DNA of 64,000 nt, from contig CAZWFQ010000002.1 of assembly GCA_964633225.1 (NCBI GenBank), positions 26,469-90,468 of the forward strand. The letters are read 5' to 3'. Under the pieces are notes generated by a model that saw only the letters and a list, made by a program, of their open reading frames with translations, had not been told where the DNA came from and searched no databases. Shown one piece after another: positions 38,225-47,985 of the stretch. Both the position numbers and the translations under genes were made by a program. Numbering within the stretch: position 1 is the stretch's first letter; every line of letters begins with the position of its first letter. Origin of the DNA: an uncultured Anaerolineaceae bacterium (lineage in GTDB: Bacteria; Chloroflexota; Anaerolineae; Anaerolineales; UBA4823).

Positions 38225-41200
38225 ATGCGCCTGACCCAGCCTTTGGCCCTCCTGCTTCTGTTGCTGCTCCCAGTTGTTGCAGTATTGGGATGGCCAGAAC
38301 GCGGCTACGGCCGGCGGCGAGAACTGACCTCGCTCATCGTACGCCTGCTGCTGATGCTTTGCATCATCCTGGCGCTTTCAGGGCTCCAGATCCGGCGACA
38401 GGCGGATAACCTGGCTGTGGTATTCTTGCTGGATGTTTCAGATTCTATGCCAGAGCTGGCCCAAACCGCAGCCCTGGATTATGTGCGCCAGGCATTACAA
38501 GCCATGGGGCCCGATGACCAGGCCGCCATCATCGCTTTCGGCGGAGATGCCCTGGTTGAGCGGAACATGTCTGGCTTGCAAGAGTTGGATGGAATACATT
38601 CAATCCCCACAAGCAACCAGACTGACCTGGCAGAGGCCATGCACCTGGCCCTGGCATTGTATCCGCCTGATGCTGCCCGGCGCATGGTCATCCTTTCTGA
38701 CGGTGCATCTACCACCGGCGACAGCGAGGCGGCAGCACGCCTGGCGGCGGCCTCAGGGGTAGAGATTGTGGTCGTGCCTTTTGTGGTCACACCAGGGGCC
38801 GAAGTGCTGCTCAGCAGCGTTGAGATTCCCAACCATCTGACCGAAGGCGAGCGTTTCGACCTTGACCTGACCCTGCAAGCCACGCAGCCTACCCAGGGCG
38901 GTATCCGGGTGTTAGCGGGCGGGCAGGTGGTGTACGAGGGCGAATACCAGGTCGAACGCGGCACCCAAACGCTCACCCTGCCGTTGGTAGCTGGGTCGCC
39001 TGGGTTTGCATCTTACGAAGTGCAGCTCATCCCCACTTCAGATACCTACTATCAGAACAACGAGCTGGCAGCCTTCACCCAGGTGGGCGGACCGCCAAAG
39101 ATACTGCTGGTGGCGCCGCCTGCCGGCGAGGCCTTGGGGGCCTCGGGTGAGACCCGCCCCGAAGAAGCCGCCCAGCTCAAGCTGGCTTTAGAGGCCGCCG
39201 GATTTACCGTCGATGCGGTACATCCCAGCGGTCTACCTTCAGAGCTGGCATTACTGGCCGAATATGCATCGGTGGTACTGGTAGATGTGCCTGCCCGCCA
39301 GCTTTCTAACCGGCAGATGGAGACCGTCCAAACATATGTACGCGACCTGGGCGGCGGGTTGGTGACCATTGGCGGGCCCACGTCGTATGGCGTGGGGGGA
39401 TATTTCCGTACCCCGCTAGAAGAAACGCTGCCGGTGGATATGCAGATCAAAGATCAACAACGCCGCCCATCGTTGGCGATTGTTTTCATCATTGACCACT
39501 CCGGCAGCATGTCTGAAACCAGCGGTGGCGCCACCAAGCTAGAATTGGCCAAAGAGGCCGCCATGCGCTCGGTAGAACTGCTCTCGCCCGTCGACCGCGT
39601 GGGCGTGATCACTTTTGATGACCTGGCAGCCTGGGTGGTTCCCATGACAGACCTGGAAGACCCTGGCGCCATCATCAATGCCATCGGCACCATCCAGCTC
39701 GGCGGCGGCACCGACATCCTGGCGGGTGTGCAAGCCATGGCGGGCGTCTTACCCAACGATCCCGCCCTGGTGAAGCACGTCATCTTGCTCACCGATGGCG
39801 GAGCCGATCCCACCGGCATCCCCGAGTTGGTTGCGCACCTGTACAATGATTATGGCATTACACTCACCACGGTGGGTGTTGGCCGAGATGCAGCCCCCTT
39901 CTTGCCGCAGTTAGCCGAGTTGGGCGGCGGGCGCTATCATTTCGCCGAGAACCCCGCCACCATCCCGTCCATCTTTACCGAAGAAACCTCCCTGGCTACC
40001 CGTTCTTATATTGTTGAAGAGACGTTCTACCCCAGCCTTGCCAGCACATCCCCAATCCTGGCTGGCATTACCGAGGTACCGGCCCTTCACGGGTATGTTG
40101 GCGTCAGTGCCAAAGATACCGCCCAAACCATCCTGGTTTCACATCTGGGTGATCCCATCCTGGCAGCCTGGCAGTATGGTTTGGGCCGCTCAGTGGCCTT
40201 CACATCGGATGCCAGCGGGCGATGGGCGCAGGAGTGGGTCGGCTGGCAAGGATTTGCTACCTTCTGGGCCCAGGCTGTGCGCTACACAATCGTCGAGCGC
40301 ACCACATCTCCCCTGGAGGTAAGCATTGAGCCAGATGGAGAACTGGCACTGCTGACCGTGGACGCACAGCAATACGGCCTGGCGAGCAGCGAAATCGCTT
40401 CTGGCAGTTCACCATACCTGAATGGCTACACCATGCAGGCCAATGTCATCGGCCCTGATGGCGAAACGACAGCGCTCACCCTACAGCAGATTGCTCCTGG
40501 CCGCTACCAGGCTGCGTTCACACCCAAGGCACAGGGGGCTTACCTGGTCAGAATAGCAGGCGAACCAGGAAGCAGCGGAGGCAATACCACTGACGCAGGG
40601 CCGGTCGCTGAGACCACCGGCTGGGTACTCTCGTATTCACCAGAATACCGCCAACTCGACTCTGACCCAGATGCCCTCTACCGGCTGGCAACCGCCAATG
40701 GAGGTCACCTGGCCTCGAGCGAGCCGGAAGAAGCTTTCTCGCACACCCTCACCGCCATCCAATCTGCCCGACCTGCCTGGAATTGGCTGATCACCATGGC
40801 TGCCACCTTGCTGCCCATCGACATTGCTGTCCGCCGCCTGGTGCTGACATGGGGAGACCTGCACCGCGGCTGGGAGAAGCTGGCTTCAAAGGCACATTTC
40901 CTGTCTCCACTGTATTGGCTCAAAGATCGCCGCCAGGCACAGGCTGGACAAGCAGCCCAGCCCAGCGCCCAGGTTGGCTCACTGCTGCAAGCCAAAGAAC
41001 GGACCCGCAAATCGTTGGGAGATGCATCTTCTGTAGACCAGCCAGCATCGGCGACTCCCCCTTCCCCAACCCAGGCCCCGCCCCCGCCTGCGGTCATTTT
41101 CTCTACGCCACCACGTGCAGCCCAGCCAGCCAACCAGCCAACCCCTGTCCCACAGCCGCCGCCCCCATCCAGCCAACCAGATGGTGCACTTCCGGGCGAC

Positions 41201-41284
41201 AGCACACCTCCTGTTGAACAAACATCCACCGCGGCACGCTTACTAGCCCGTAAGCGCGCTCGCCAGGGGCCAGATCGTCAATGA
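38225..41284 (+). CDS. Large membrane protein with two VWA domains and a GATase1/ThuA-like central segment.
   Basis: 1019 aa. BatA-like N-terminal TM pair. MIDAS motifs VFLLDVSDSM and VFIIDHSGSM. Central segment VVLVDVPA...LGGGLVTIGG. A late TM helix is followed by a Pro-rich tail. Confidence 0.75.
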   Translation: MRLTQPLALLLLLLLPVVAVLGWPERGYGRRRELTSLIVRLLLMLCIILALSGLQIRRQADNLAVVFLLDVSDSMPELAQTAALDYVRQALQAMGPDDQAAIIAFGGDALVERNMSGLQELDGIHSIPTSNQTDLAEAMHLALALYPPDAARRMVILSDGASTTGDSEAAARLAAASGVEIVVVPFVVTPGAEVLLSSVEIPNHLTEGERFDLDLTLQATQPTQGGIRVLAGGQVVYEGEYQVERGTQTLTLPLVAGSPGFASYEVQLIPTSDTYYQNNELAAFTQVGGPPKILLVAPPAGEALGASGETRPEEAAQLKLALEAAGFTVDAVHPSGLPSELALLAEYASVVLVDVPARQLSNRQMETVQTYVRDLGGGLVTIGGPTSYGVGGYFRTPLEETLPVDMQIKDQQRRPSLAIVFIIDHSGSMSETSGGATKLELAKEAAMRSVELLSPVDRVGVITFDDLAAWVVPMTDLEDPGAIINAIGTIQLGGGTDILAGVQAMAGVLPNDPALVKHVILLTDGGADPTGIPELVAHLYNDYGITLTTVGVGRDAAPFLPQLAELGGGRYHFAENPATIPSIFTEETSLATRSYIVEETFYPSLASTSPILAGITEVPALHGYVGVSAKDTAQTILVSHLGDPILAAWQYGLGRSVAFTSDASGRWAQEWVGWQGFATFWAQAVRYTIVERTTSPLEVSIEPDGELALLTVDAQQYGLASSEIASGSSPYLNGYTMQANVIGPDGETTALTLQQIAPGRYQAAFTPKAQGAYLVRIAGEPGSSGGNTTDAGPVAETTGWVLSYSPEYRQLDSDPDALYRLATANGGHLASSEPEEAFSHTLTAIQSARPAWNWLITMAATLLPIDIAVRRLVLTWGDLHRGWEKLASKAHFLSPLYWLKDRRQAQAGQAAQPSAQVGSLLQAKERTRKSLGDASSVDQPASATPPSPTQAPPPPAVIFSTPPRAAQPANQPTPVPQPPPPSSQPDGALPGDSTPPVEQTSTAARLLARKRARQGPDRQ

Positions 41285-44139
41285 TCACGCGCTTAAGGCA
41301 ATTTCTTAAAGATCCTCTTTTCGATCCTGAAGAAAAGATCCGCATGGGCAGGCTGGTATATACCATCTTGTGGTTTGCCATGATCGTGACCGCCATCGCT
41401 GTGACCATCACCCTGGTCACATCTCCCAATAAGTCACTGGCAGGGGCTGCGGTTAGCGTTGCGATCTTCTTCTTGTATGTTGTATGTCTTATCCTGCTGC
41501 ACCGGGGATATACCTACTTGAGTGCCACCTTGCTGGTCTTTATATTGGGAGGCATCTTAACCGCTGCCAACGTGATCTTTGGGGGCATCAACGAGATCGT
41601 TCTGAGCGGCTACATCATTGTAATTGTCACAGCGTCGATGCTGGTGAATTGGGTTGCAGGGATTGCGATCTCTATCTTGAGCATCTTATCCTATGCGGCC
41701 TTCCTGTTCTTGAGAAACCAGGGCCTGCTTCCAGAACCTCTCATCCAGGCCAGTCCGTTGACAGTCTTAATTTCGGGAACAGCGGTTTACTTGCTGGTGA
41801 TCTTCTTGGTCTATATAAGCAACCGCAATTTGCGAGAAGCCCTACAGCGGGCGCGGCGCAATGAAGAAGAGTTAAAAGCCAGCCGCGCCGCACATGAGGC
41901 TTACACCACCGACCTGGAACGGCGGGTGGTACAGCTTCAGGTGGCATCAGATGTGGCGCGGGATGCTGCCAGCCTGCAAGAAGTTGGCCCGCTCCTGGAT
42001 CGAGCCGTAGACTTGGTGCGCGAGCGCTTTGGCTTCTACCATGCGGGCATTTTTATGGTTGATACACGCCACGAATATGCCGTGCTCAAATCGGCTACGG
42101 GTGAGGCCGGCAAACAAATGATCGCCAACGGTCATAAATTAAAAATTGGCGAGGTTGGCATGGTGGGCTATGTAACCAAGACCGGCCAACCGCGCATTGC
42201 TCTGGACGTGGGCAGCGACGCAGTCTATTTCAAGAATCCGCTGCTGCCCGAAACACGCTCTGAAATGGCCCTGCCCCTCAAAACTGGCGGACTGGTGATT
42301 GGAGCGTTGGATGTGCAAAGCAAGCAACCAGCCGCTTTTGACGAAGGCGATGTCAATATTCTACAAACCATGGCTGATCAACTGGCAGTTGCCATTGCAA
42401 ACGCCCGCCTGTTTGAGGCCACCCGCCGCCAACTGGAAGAAATGGCTGCCTTAAGAGCCGTTGCCGCCACCAGTTCTGAAGCCACCAGCGAAGACGAATT
42501 GATTGAGCGGGCCACCCAACTGATCGCTGATGTTTTTTATCCCGATAATTTTGGCCTGATCATGTTGGATGAAGGCCAACAAGCATTGTACCCGCACTAT
42601 TCCTACCGCATCAAACAACCCATCAAACACACCTCCGTCCCAGTTGGAACGGGTGTGGTGGGCCGGGTAGCTCTGACAGGCAAACCCCTGCGCCTGGAAG
42701 ATGTGAGCCACGAAAACAAGTATATCCAGATTGATCCTCTGACACGCTCAGAATTGTGCGTGCCGATCAAGATCGGCGACCAGGTGATTGGTGTGATCAA
42801 TGCTGAAAGCACCCGACCAGGCGCGTTCAGCGAAAATGACGAACGCCTGTTGGTTACCTTTGCAGGCCAGTTAGCGATCGCCTTCCAAAAAGTGCGCCTC
42901 TTCGATGCTGAACGCCGAAGGGTAGCCGAATTAGAAGCACTGCGCCAGGCCAGCTTGCGCCTTAGCTCGAACCTGGATTTACAAACCTTGCTGGAGATCA
43001 TCCTGGACCGCGCCATCCAGCTTGTAACGGCTGACACGGCCCACCTTTTCCTTTTTGATGATCAAGAACTGATCTTTGGCGCTGCCTTTTGGGCTCCGGG
43101 CCACACCAATGAGATGCACCAAATACCACGCCCACATGGCCTCACCTACAGCGTTGCCCGCAGCGGAAAACGGATGGTGATCAACGATGTACGCAACCAT
43201 CCTCTCTTTGCAGATTCACCTTGGGATGGGGCCGTATGCAGCCTGCCCTTGCGGCGCGGCGAACAAGTTCTGGGTGTCATGAACCTGGCTTATCACGGCA
43301 GCCCGCACAATTACGACGAAAATGAGCTGCGCGTGCTCGACTTGCTGGCAGACCAGGCTGCCATTGCCCTGCACAACGCCAACCTATACAGCGAGGCCCG
43401 CGAACGAGCCATTGAATTAACTGCTGCCCTGGCGCAACGCGAAGAGCTAGACCGCCTGAAAGATGAATTCATCCAAAATGTCTCGCATGAGCTGCGTACG
43501 CCGCTGGCGATCACGCGGGGTTATGTTGAGCTGCTGGATTCAGGCGAACTCGGTGAGTTGAGTAAAACCCAGTTCGATGCCGTGAACATCTGCAAGCGGC
43601 GCGTGAACATGTTGATCAAATTGGTAGATGATTTAGTGGTCATCCTCGAGGCAGAGGCACGCGAGGTAGCACGCGAGGATGTCAATCTAACAGAGTTGGT
43701 GCTTGGCGCCAGCGCAGATTTCCAAGATGCTGCCGCCCGCGCCAACCTGACCCTCGAAGCAAGTATTCCCCAAGCGGCGATCTACGTGACGGGAAATTAT
43801 TCGCACCTTAATCGCTTGTTAGATAACCTGGTTGGCAATGCAATCAAGTTCACCCCCCCGGATGGTAATGTGACGATCAACCTGGTGGCGGAGCAAGACC
43901 ATGCCAGGATCGACGTGATTGATACCGGCATTGGCATCTCGCCCGATAAGATTGAACGTTTATTTGAGCGCTTCTACCAGATAGATGGCAGCACCAAGCG
44001 CCGCTATGGTGGTATGGGGTTGGGTTTATCGCTGGTTAAAGAAATTGCCGAGGCCCACGGTGGAAAAGTCAGCGTTCAAAGCGAAGTAGGACGCGGCAGC
44101 ACCTTCACGGTGCTTCTGCCAATCCAAAAGCCCTCTTAG
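41281..44139 (+). CDS. Multi-TM GAF-domain sensor histidine kinase.
   Basis: 952 aa. About six N-terminal TM helices, three to four GAF-like repeats, H-box SHELRTPLAITRGY, and HATPase boxes DTGIGI and GGMGLGL. ATGA overlap with the upstream VWA gene. Confidence 0.85.
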   Translation: MITRLRQFLKDPLFDPEEKIRMGRLVYTILWFAMIVTAIAVTITLVTSPNKSLAGAAVSVAIFFLYVVCLILLHRGYTYLSATLLVFILGGILTAANVIFGGINEIVLSGYIIVIVTASMLVNWVAGIAISILSILSYAAFLFLRNQGLLPEPLIQASPLTVLISGTAVYLLVIFLVYISNRNLREALQRARRNEEELKASRAAHEAYTTDLERRVVQLQVASDVARDAASLQEVGPLLDRAVDLVRERFGFYHAGIFMVDTRHEYAVLKSATGEAGKQMIANGHKLKIGEVGMVGYVTKTGQPRIALDVGSDAVYFKNPLLPETRSEMALPLKTGGLVIGALDVQSKQPAAFDEGDVNILQTMADQLAVAIANARLFEATRRQLEEMAALRAVAATSSEATSEDELIERATQLIADVFYPDNFGLIMLDEGQQALYPHYSYRIKQPIKHTSVPVGTGVVGRVALTGKPLRLEDVSHENKYIQIDPLTRSELCVPIKIGDQVIGVINAESTRPGAFSENDERLLVTFAGQLAIAFQKVRLFDAERRRVAELEALRQASLRLSSNLDLQTLLEIILDRAIQLVTADTAHLFLFDDQELIFGAAFWAPGHTNEMHQIPRPHGLTYSVARSGKRMVINDVRNHPLFADSPWDGAVCSLPLRRGEQVLGVMNLAYHGSPHNYDENELRVLDLLADQAAIALHNANLYSEARERAIELTAALAQREELDRLKDEFIQNVSHELRTPLAITRGYVELLDSGELGELSKTQFDAVNICKRRVNMLIKLVDDLVVILEAEAREVAREDVNLTELVLGASADFQDAAARANLTLEASIPQAAIYVTGNYSHLNRLLDNLVGNAIKFTPPDGNVTINLVAEQDHARIDVIDTGIGISPDKIERLFERFYQIDGSTKRRYGGMGLGLSLVKEIAEAHGGKVSVQSEVGRGSTFTVLLPIQKPS

Positions 44140-45145
44140 CCAAAGATAGCAGGCTCTGCCAGGCCTGGGTTTCGGGAACAGGGCTGGGCCCAAGGGGGTC
44201 TTGCCAGGTTTGCCCTAAGAGTGCCGCCAGCGCCGCACGGCTACACGCAGATGCCGCTTTTAGGTTATATCCCCCCTCCAAAAAAAGCGCGATCTTACCC
44301 CGGCAGTGGGTGTCAGCCCAATCAGCCAGGCTGGCAAACAAATGCCCGTACCCATCTGCCGAAAGCAGCAGGTCCCCAAGCGGGTCACCCCAATGCGCAT
44401 CAAAGCCATAACTCACCAACAGGATCTCTGGTTGATAACGATCCAACAACGCAAGGATAATGCCTTTCATCATAGCCTTAAAGGCAGCATCCCCGGCACC
44501 AGGAGGCAGGGGCAAATTGGCAGTAAAACCGGCTCCTTCTCCTGCGCCGCGTTCGTCCAGGCTGCCACTGCCCGGATAGAGCGGCGACTGATGGATGGAG
44601 ATGAACAAGACATCGTTGCGCTGCCAAAAGATATCTTGGGTGCCGTTACCGTGATGCAGGTCCAGGTCAATGATCGCCAGGCGAGCTGGCCCAGTACTTT
44701 GCTGAAGCAAGCTTTCAGCCGCAATGGCTACATTATTAAGCAGGCAAAAGCCCATCCCCCGGTGACGCGTGGCATGATGCCCCGGCGGGCGGGTCAAGGC
44801 AAATCCACGCCACGCCTGCCCGCTCCACACTGCCTGCGCCACCGCGGCCGCGCCGCCTGCCGCCCGCTGTGCCAGGCTCCACGAGGCTGGCGTAACATAA
44901 GTATCGCCATCCAGGTAACCCCCAGCCCGGCAGGCCTCTTCCAATGAATTCAAATAAGCTGTCGAATGTACTGCTTGCAGCACCCCCTCGGGTATCGCCA
45001 ACGGCTCTAGCAAGGCAGATGTTCGCCACCAGCCCGCAGCCTCCAAAGCCTGCCGCACTGCATCTACCCGTTGCGGGCATTCTGCATGGCCCTCTTCAGC
45101 ATGGGCAGCGTGGCCTTGCGGGTAAAACAAGGTTAGATCGCGCAC
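44105..45145 (-). CDS. Histone deacetylase family (class II / AcuC / acetylpolyamine amidohydrolase-like) zinc hydrolase.
   Basis: 346 aa with a GTG start. RPPGHHA and IIDLDLHHGNGTQ motifs. The 3' end overlaps the convergent kinase gene by 35 nt. Confidence 0.85.
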   Translation of the reverse strand: MRDLTLFYPQGHAAHAEEGHAECPQRVDAVRQALEAAGWWRTSALLEPLAIPEGVLQAVHSTAYLNSLEEACRAGGYLDGDTYVTPASWSLAQRAAGGAAAVAQAVWSGQAWRGFALTRPPGHHATRHRGMGFCLLNNVAIAAESLLQQSTGPARLAIIDLDLHHGNGTQDIFWQRNDVLFISIHQSPLYPGSGSLDERGAGEGAGFTANLPLPPGAGDAAFKAMMKGIILALLDRYQPEILLVSYGFDAHWGDPLGDLLLSADGYGHLFASLADWADTHCRGKIALFLEGGYNLKAASACSRAALAALLGQTWQDPLGPSPVPETQAWQSLLSLAKRAFGLAEAP

Positions 45146-45152
45146 AACTGCA

Positions 45153-46757
45153 TCACCCCTTCAGAGCACGCAGCGCTGAGCGAATCTTTTCCCAATATCG
45201 CTGCACGGCGCTGGCGTGCACGTCTTCAACCGGGTGCTGACTGTAGCGCGCATCCACGAAGGCATCTGTCATCGCTTTGAGTGCATCGTCAACTTCTCCG
45301 CCTCCGTCTGCCAACTGGGCTTCGATCTGCTGGCTATATTCATAAGGCGTTTGCCAGGGCTTGCGCGGCAGGCCGCGCTCACTGCCACGCCGCACCAGGG
45401 CCAGGTAATAGAACAGCACCCGCTGGCGCGGGGTAAGGCGGCGCAAGCTCAAGAATTGGCGGCCTTCTGGCAGTGGACGCTTGCGGCGCAAGCCATCCAG
45501 GCGGCGCAAGCCAGCCTGGACCGCCTGCGGCACCAACCCGACCCCCGTCCGCACCCGCTCTGTCAGCCAACGCCAGGCCTTAACCAACCAGGCCATGCCC
45601 GGCAGGCGGCGCAGTTTTCGTGTCAGCTCTCGATTTTGACGGAAATAGGTGTAAAAAGCATAGACCACTACACCAACCACCAGCACCCAAAAAACAATCG
45701 AACGCAGCACTTCTAACCATGGGGCTGGGGCTGCCGTGACTGGCGCCGGGTTTTGGGGGAAGAACTGCTGGACAGCGGTTATATCGGGCGTATTGACGGC
45801 TGTTCCGCCAAACAGGCTCATGATCCAAGAAAATAGATAAAACACCGGCAGCAAGATCAGCATGATCAACGTATAGACCGCCATAAAAACCACGCTGAAA
45901 ACGTAGCTTAGTGTTGGCAGCAGCCCAATGGTGTAGCGGGTAGGCAGGATAAAAGCCAGGAGCAGGATAACGCCCAGGAACAATAAACTGTACAGCACCC
46001 AGCGCCGGGCCATGCCATCGCTGACGGGTAAATGCTGCCAGGCCCAGGCTGCCCGCCGCACAGATAACTGAGCCAGGCTGAGCAGCGCCAACCCCAACAA
46101 GAAATACACCAGCACGTGCAGCATACCACCCTTAGCCGGCGGTGTGCCTCCATATAATGCAGTAAGATCCATGCGCACCAGCGCCATGCAAAATACCATG
46201 CCCACGCCCACCCCAAAAATCCGGTTAGCAAGGCGTTGTTGGGTCGTCCCCCGGTTGCTGGATGCCTGATCCAGGCTTTCAGCCTGCAAAATCAACTCAT
46301 CCCCTTCCAGGCTAACCAGGTCATCAGCATAATTGGTGCTGACCATCCACACCAACAGCACCACCAGCAGGCTGAGCAAATATTGCGCATCTAAAAAGGT
46401 GCCGAAAAAATCACCCCACCACAATGGCAGATCGGCCTGAAGCCGCTCGAACCCTTGCCACGCGTAAATGGCGGCCTTCAAGCCCACCATCACCACCACC
46501 AACTCCACCAAACGGTAGACGATTACCGGCGTATCCAGATCAGCCGTACGGCGCAGGCGGCGCTGGCTGAAGATGGCCTCCAGCGAGACAATGAAGCAGA
46601 CCCAGGGCAAAAAGCCCCCCTGCCAACCTGGCTGTAACCGCTGGCCCAAAGATAAAGCCGTCACACCCAGGCAAGCCATCATGGCAGCCACAAACAATTC
46701 AGCAATTAAGTTCGACAGGCGCTCATTGCTGCGAAACGATTCGATCAGGCTGTTCAT
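45153..46757 (-). CDS. Polytopic membrane protein with a C-terminal DUF4129 domain.
   Basis: 534 aa. Eight or more TM helices, then RLTPRQRVLFYYL...QTPYEY...FVDARYS, which is characteristic of DUF4129. Confidence 0.65.
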   Translation of the reverse strand: MNSLIESFRSNERLSNLIAELFVAAMMACLGVTALSLGQRLQPGWQGGFLPWVCFIVSLEAIFSQRRLRRTADLDTPVIVYRLVELVVVMVGLKAAIYAWQGFERLQADLPLWWGDFFGTFLDAQYLLSLLVVLLVWMVSTNYADDLVSLEGDELILQAESLDQASSNRGTTQQRLANRIFGVGVGMVFCMALVRMDLTALYGGTPPAKGGMLHVLVYFLLGLALLSLAQLSVRRAAWAWQHLPVSDGMARRWVLYSLLFLGVILLLAFILPTRYTIGLLPTLSYVFSVVFMAVYTLIMLILLPVFYLFSWIMSLFGGTAVNTPDITAVQQFFPQNPAPVTAAPAPWLEVLRSIVFWVLVVGVVVYAFYTYFRQNRELTRKLRRLPGMAWLVKAWRWLTERVRTGVGLVPQAVQAGLRRLDGLRRKRPLPEGRQFLSLRRLTPRQRVLFYYLALVRRGSERGLPRKPWQTPYEYSQQIEAQLADGGGEVDDALKAMTDAFVDARYSQHPVEDVHASAVQRYWEKIRSALRALKG

Positions 46758-47960
46758 CTACTGCCTCCAGGCATCCAATTCCAGCTCGTTCCGGAAATGG
46801 TGAACCGGGAAACCGAATTGCTCGCCCAGGGCCTTGATCTCGCCCAGGCTGTGGGCGGGCGTTTTTCCCGAACCCAACAAGGATTGTCCAGCCAGGATCA
46901 AAACCAGGTTCAGACCAGCCCTGCGCAGACGAAAAAGCTCGTCAAACAGGCGATCATCGGCCCGACCGGTGATCATCACCAGGGTTGTGCCCCAAGGCAA
47001 CAAGGCGCTCTCGCGATTGAGCAGATCTGCCAGGGGGTCCGTTTCTATCGTTTCCACACGCGCCAGCACATCCAGCAGGCGCATCAGGTGGGCGCGGCCC
47101 TTGCGCACAGGCACCGGCCGAAAAGAACAGCCCTTTCCCACGGCATCAACAGACAAAGGATCCATCCCATTGGTCAACAGGCCTACCATTTGTCTCTGCC
47201 CTATGACCCAATTGGCCAGGGAAGCCGCAATGATCACAGCCAGCTCGGTGGCATCGCGCCAGGCATGCGGATCATATTCCGCGGTATTCATATTTAAGGC
47301 CAACATGGTAGATAATGAAATGGAAGGCTCATACTGCTTGACTTGCAAACGTCCGGTGGCAGCGGTTGCCTTCCAGTCCACGCGCCGCAGCGAATCGCCA
47401 GCCGTATAATCGCGCTTGCCGAAGACACGGGTGGGGTCTTCGTAGAGCGGTTGGGTGTGGCGCAGCGTGCCCATTGGCGAGTGGGATGGCAGCTTGAGGT
47501 TGCTGAATTGGATAATGCGCGGGTAAACGACAATGTGGTCCGCAGCGCTCTGCCAACGTTGTTCACCCCCCAGGCCCAAGAGATCACCTGTGGCGGCGAA
47601 CAACGGCCCCAAGGTGTAATAGCCGCGCTTACGAGCCTTCATGGTGTAATCAAAATGGGCCTGGCCGCGCGGCCCCATGCTGATCACCTGTTGCATGGGG
47701 TTGGGCGGGGCCAATTCCACCGGCACACTTTCTTGCAGCCGCAGCCAGATCAAAGGCAGCCAGCCTGTGTTGCGCAGGTGCAGCCGCACAGGCACCTCTT
47801 CACCCGAAAAGGCACGCGGCACGAACTCGCGCTGTGCCGACAAACGGCGTACGGCCTGCCCGCTCCAAAGGCGCCCAATCAGATACGCTCCGGCTAATAA
47901 ATACACGACCGTAAAGACAACATCATCGCGCGCCAGGATCGCCACAAGAAAGAGCAGCAC
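46758..47960 (-). CDS. DUF58 family protein (MoxR-associated).
   Basis: 400 aa with a GTG start. An N-terminal TM hairpin, then the YTAGDSLRRVDWKATA block typical of DUF58. The stop abuts the next ATG (TAGATG). Confidence 0.8.
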   Translation of the reverse strand: MLLFLVAILARDDVVFTVVYLLAGAYLIGRLWSGQAVRRLSAQREFVPRAFSGEEVPVRLHLRNTGWLPLIWLRLQESVPVELAPPNPMQQVISMGPRGQAHFDYTMKARKRGYYTLGPLFAATGDLLGLGGEQRWQSAADHIVVYPRIIQFSNLKLPSHSPMGTLRHTQPLYEDPTRVFGKRDYTAGDSLRRVDWKATAATGRLQVKQYEPSISLSTMLALNMNTAEYDPHAWRDATELAVIIAASLANWVIGQRQMVGLLTNGMDPLSVDAVGKGCSFRPVPVRKGRAHLMRLLDVLARVETIETDPLADLLNRESALLPWGTTLVMITGRADDRLFDELFRLRRAGLNLVLILAGQSLLGSGKTPAHSLGEIKALGEQFGFPVHHFRNELELDAWRQ

Positions 47961-47985
47961 CAGGACAATCAGGTGACTTTCGATA

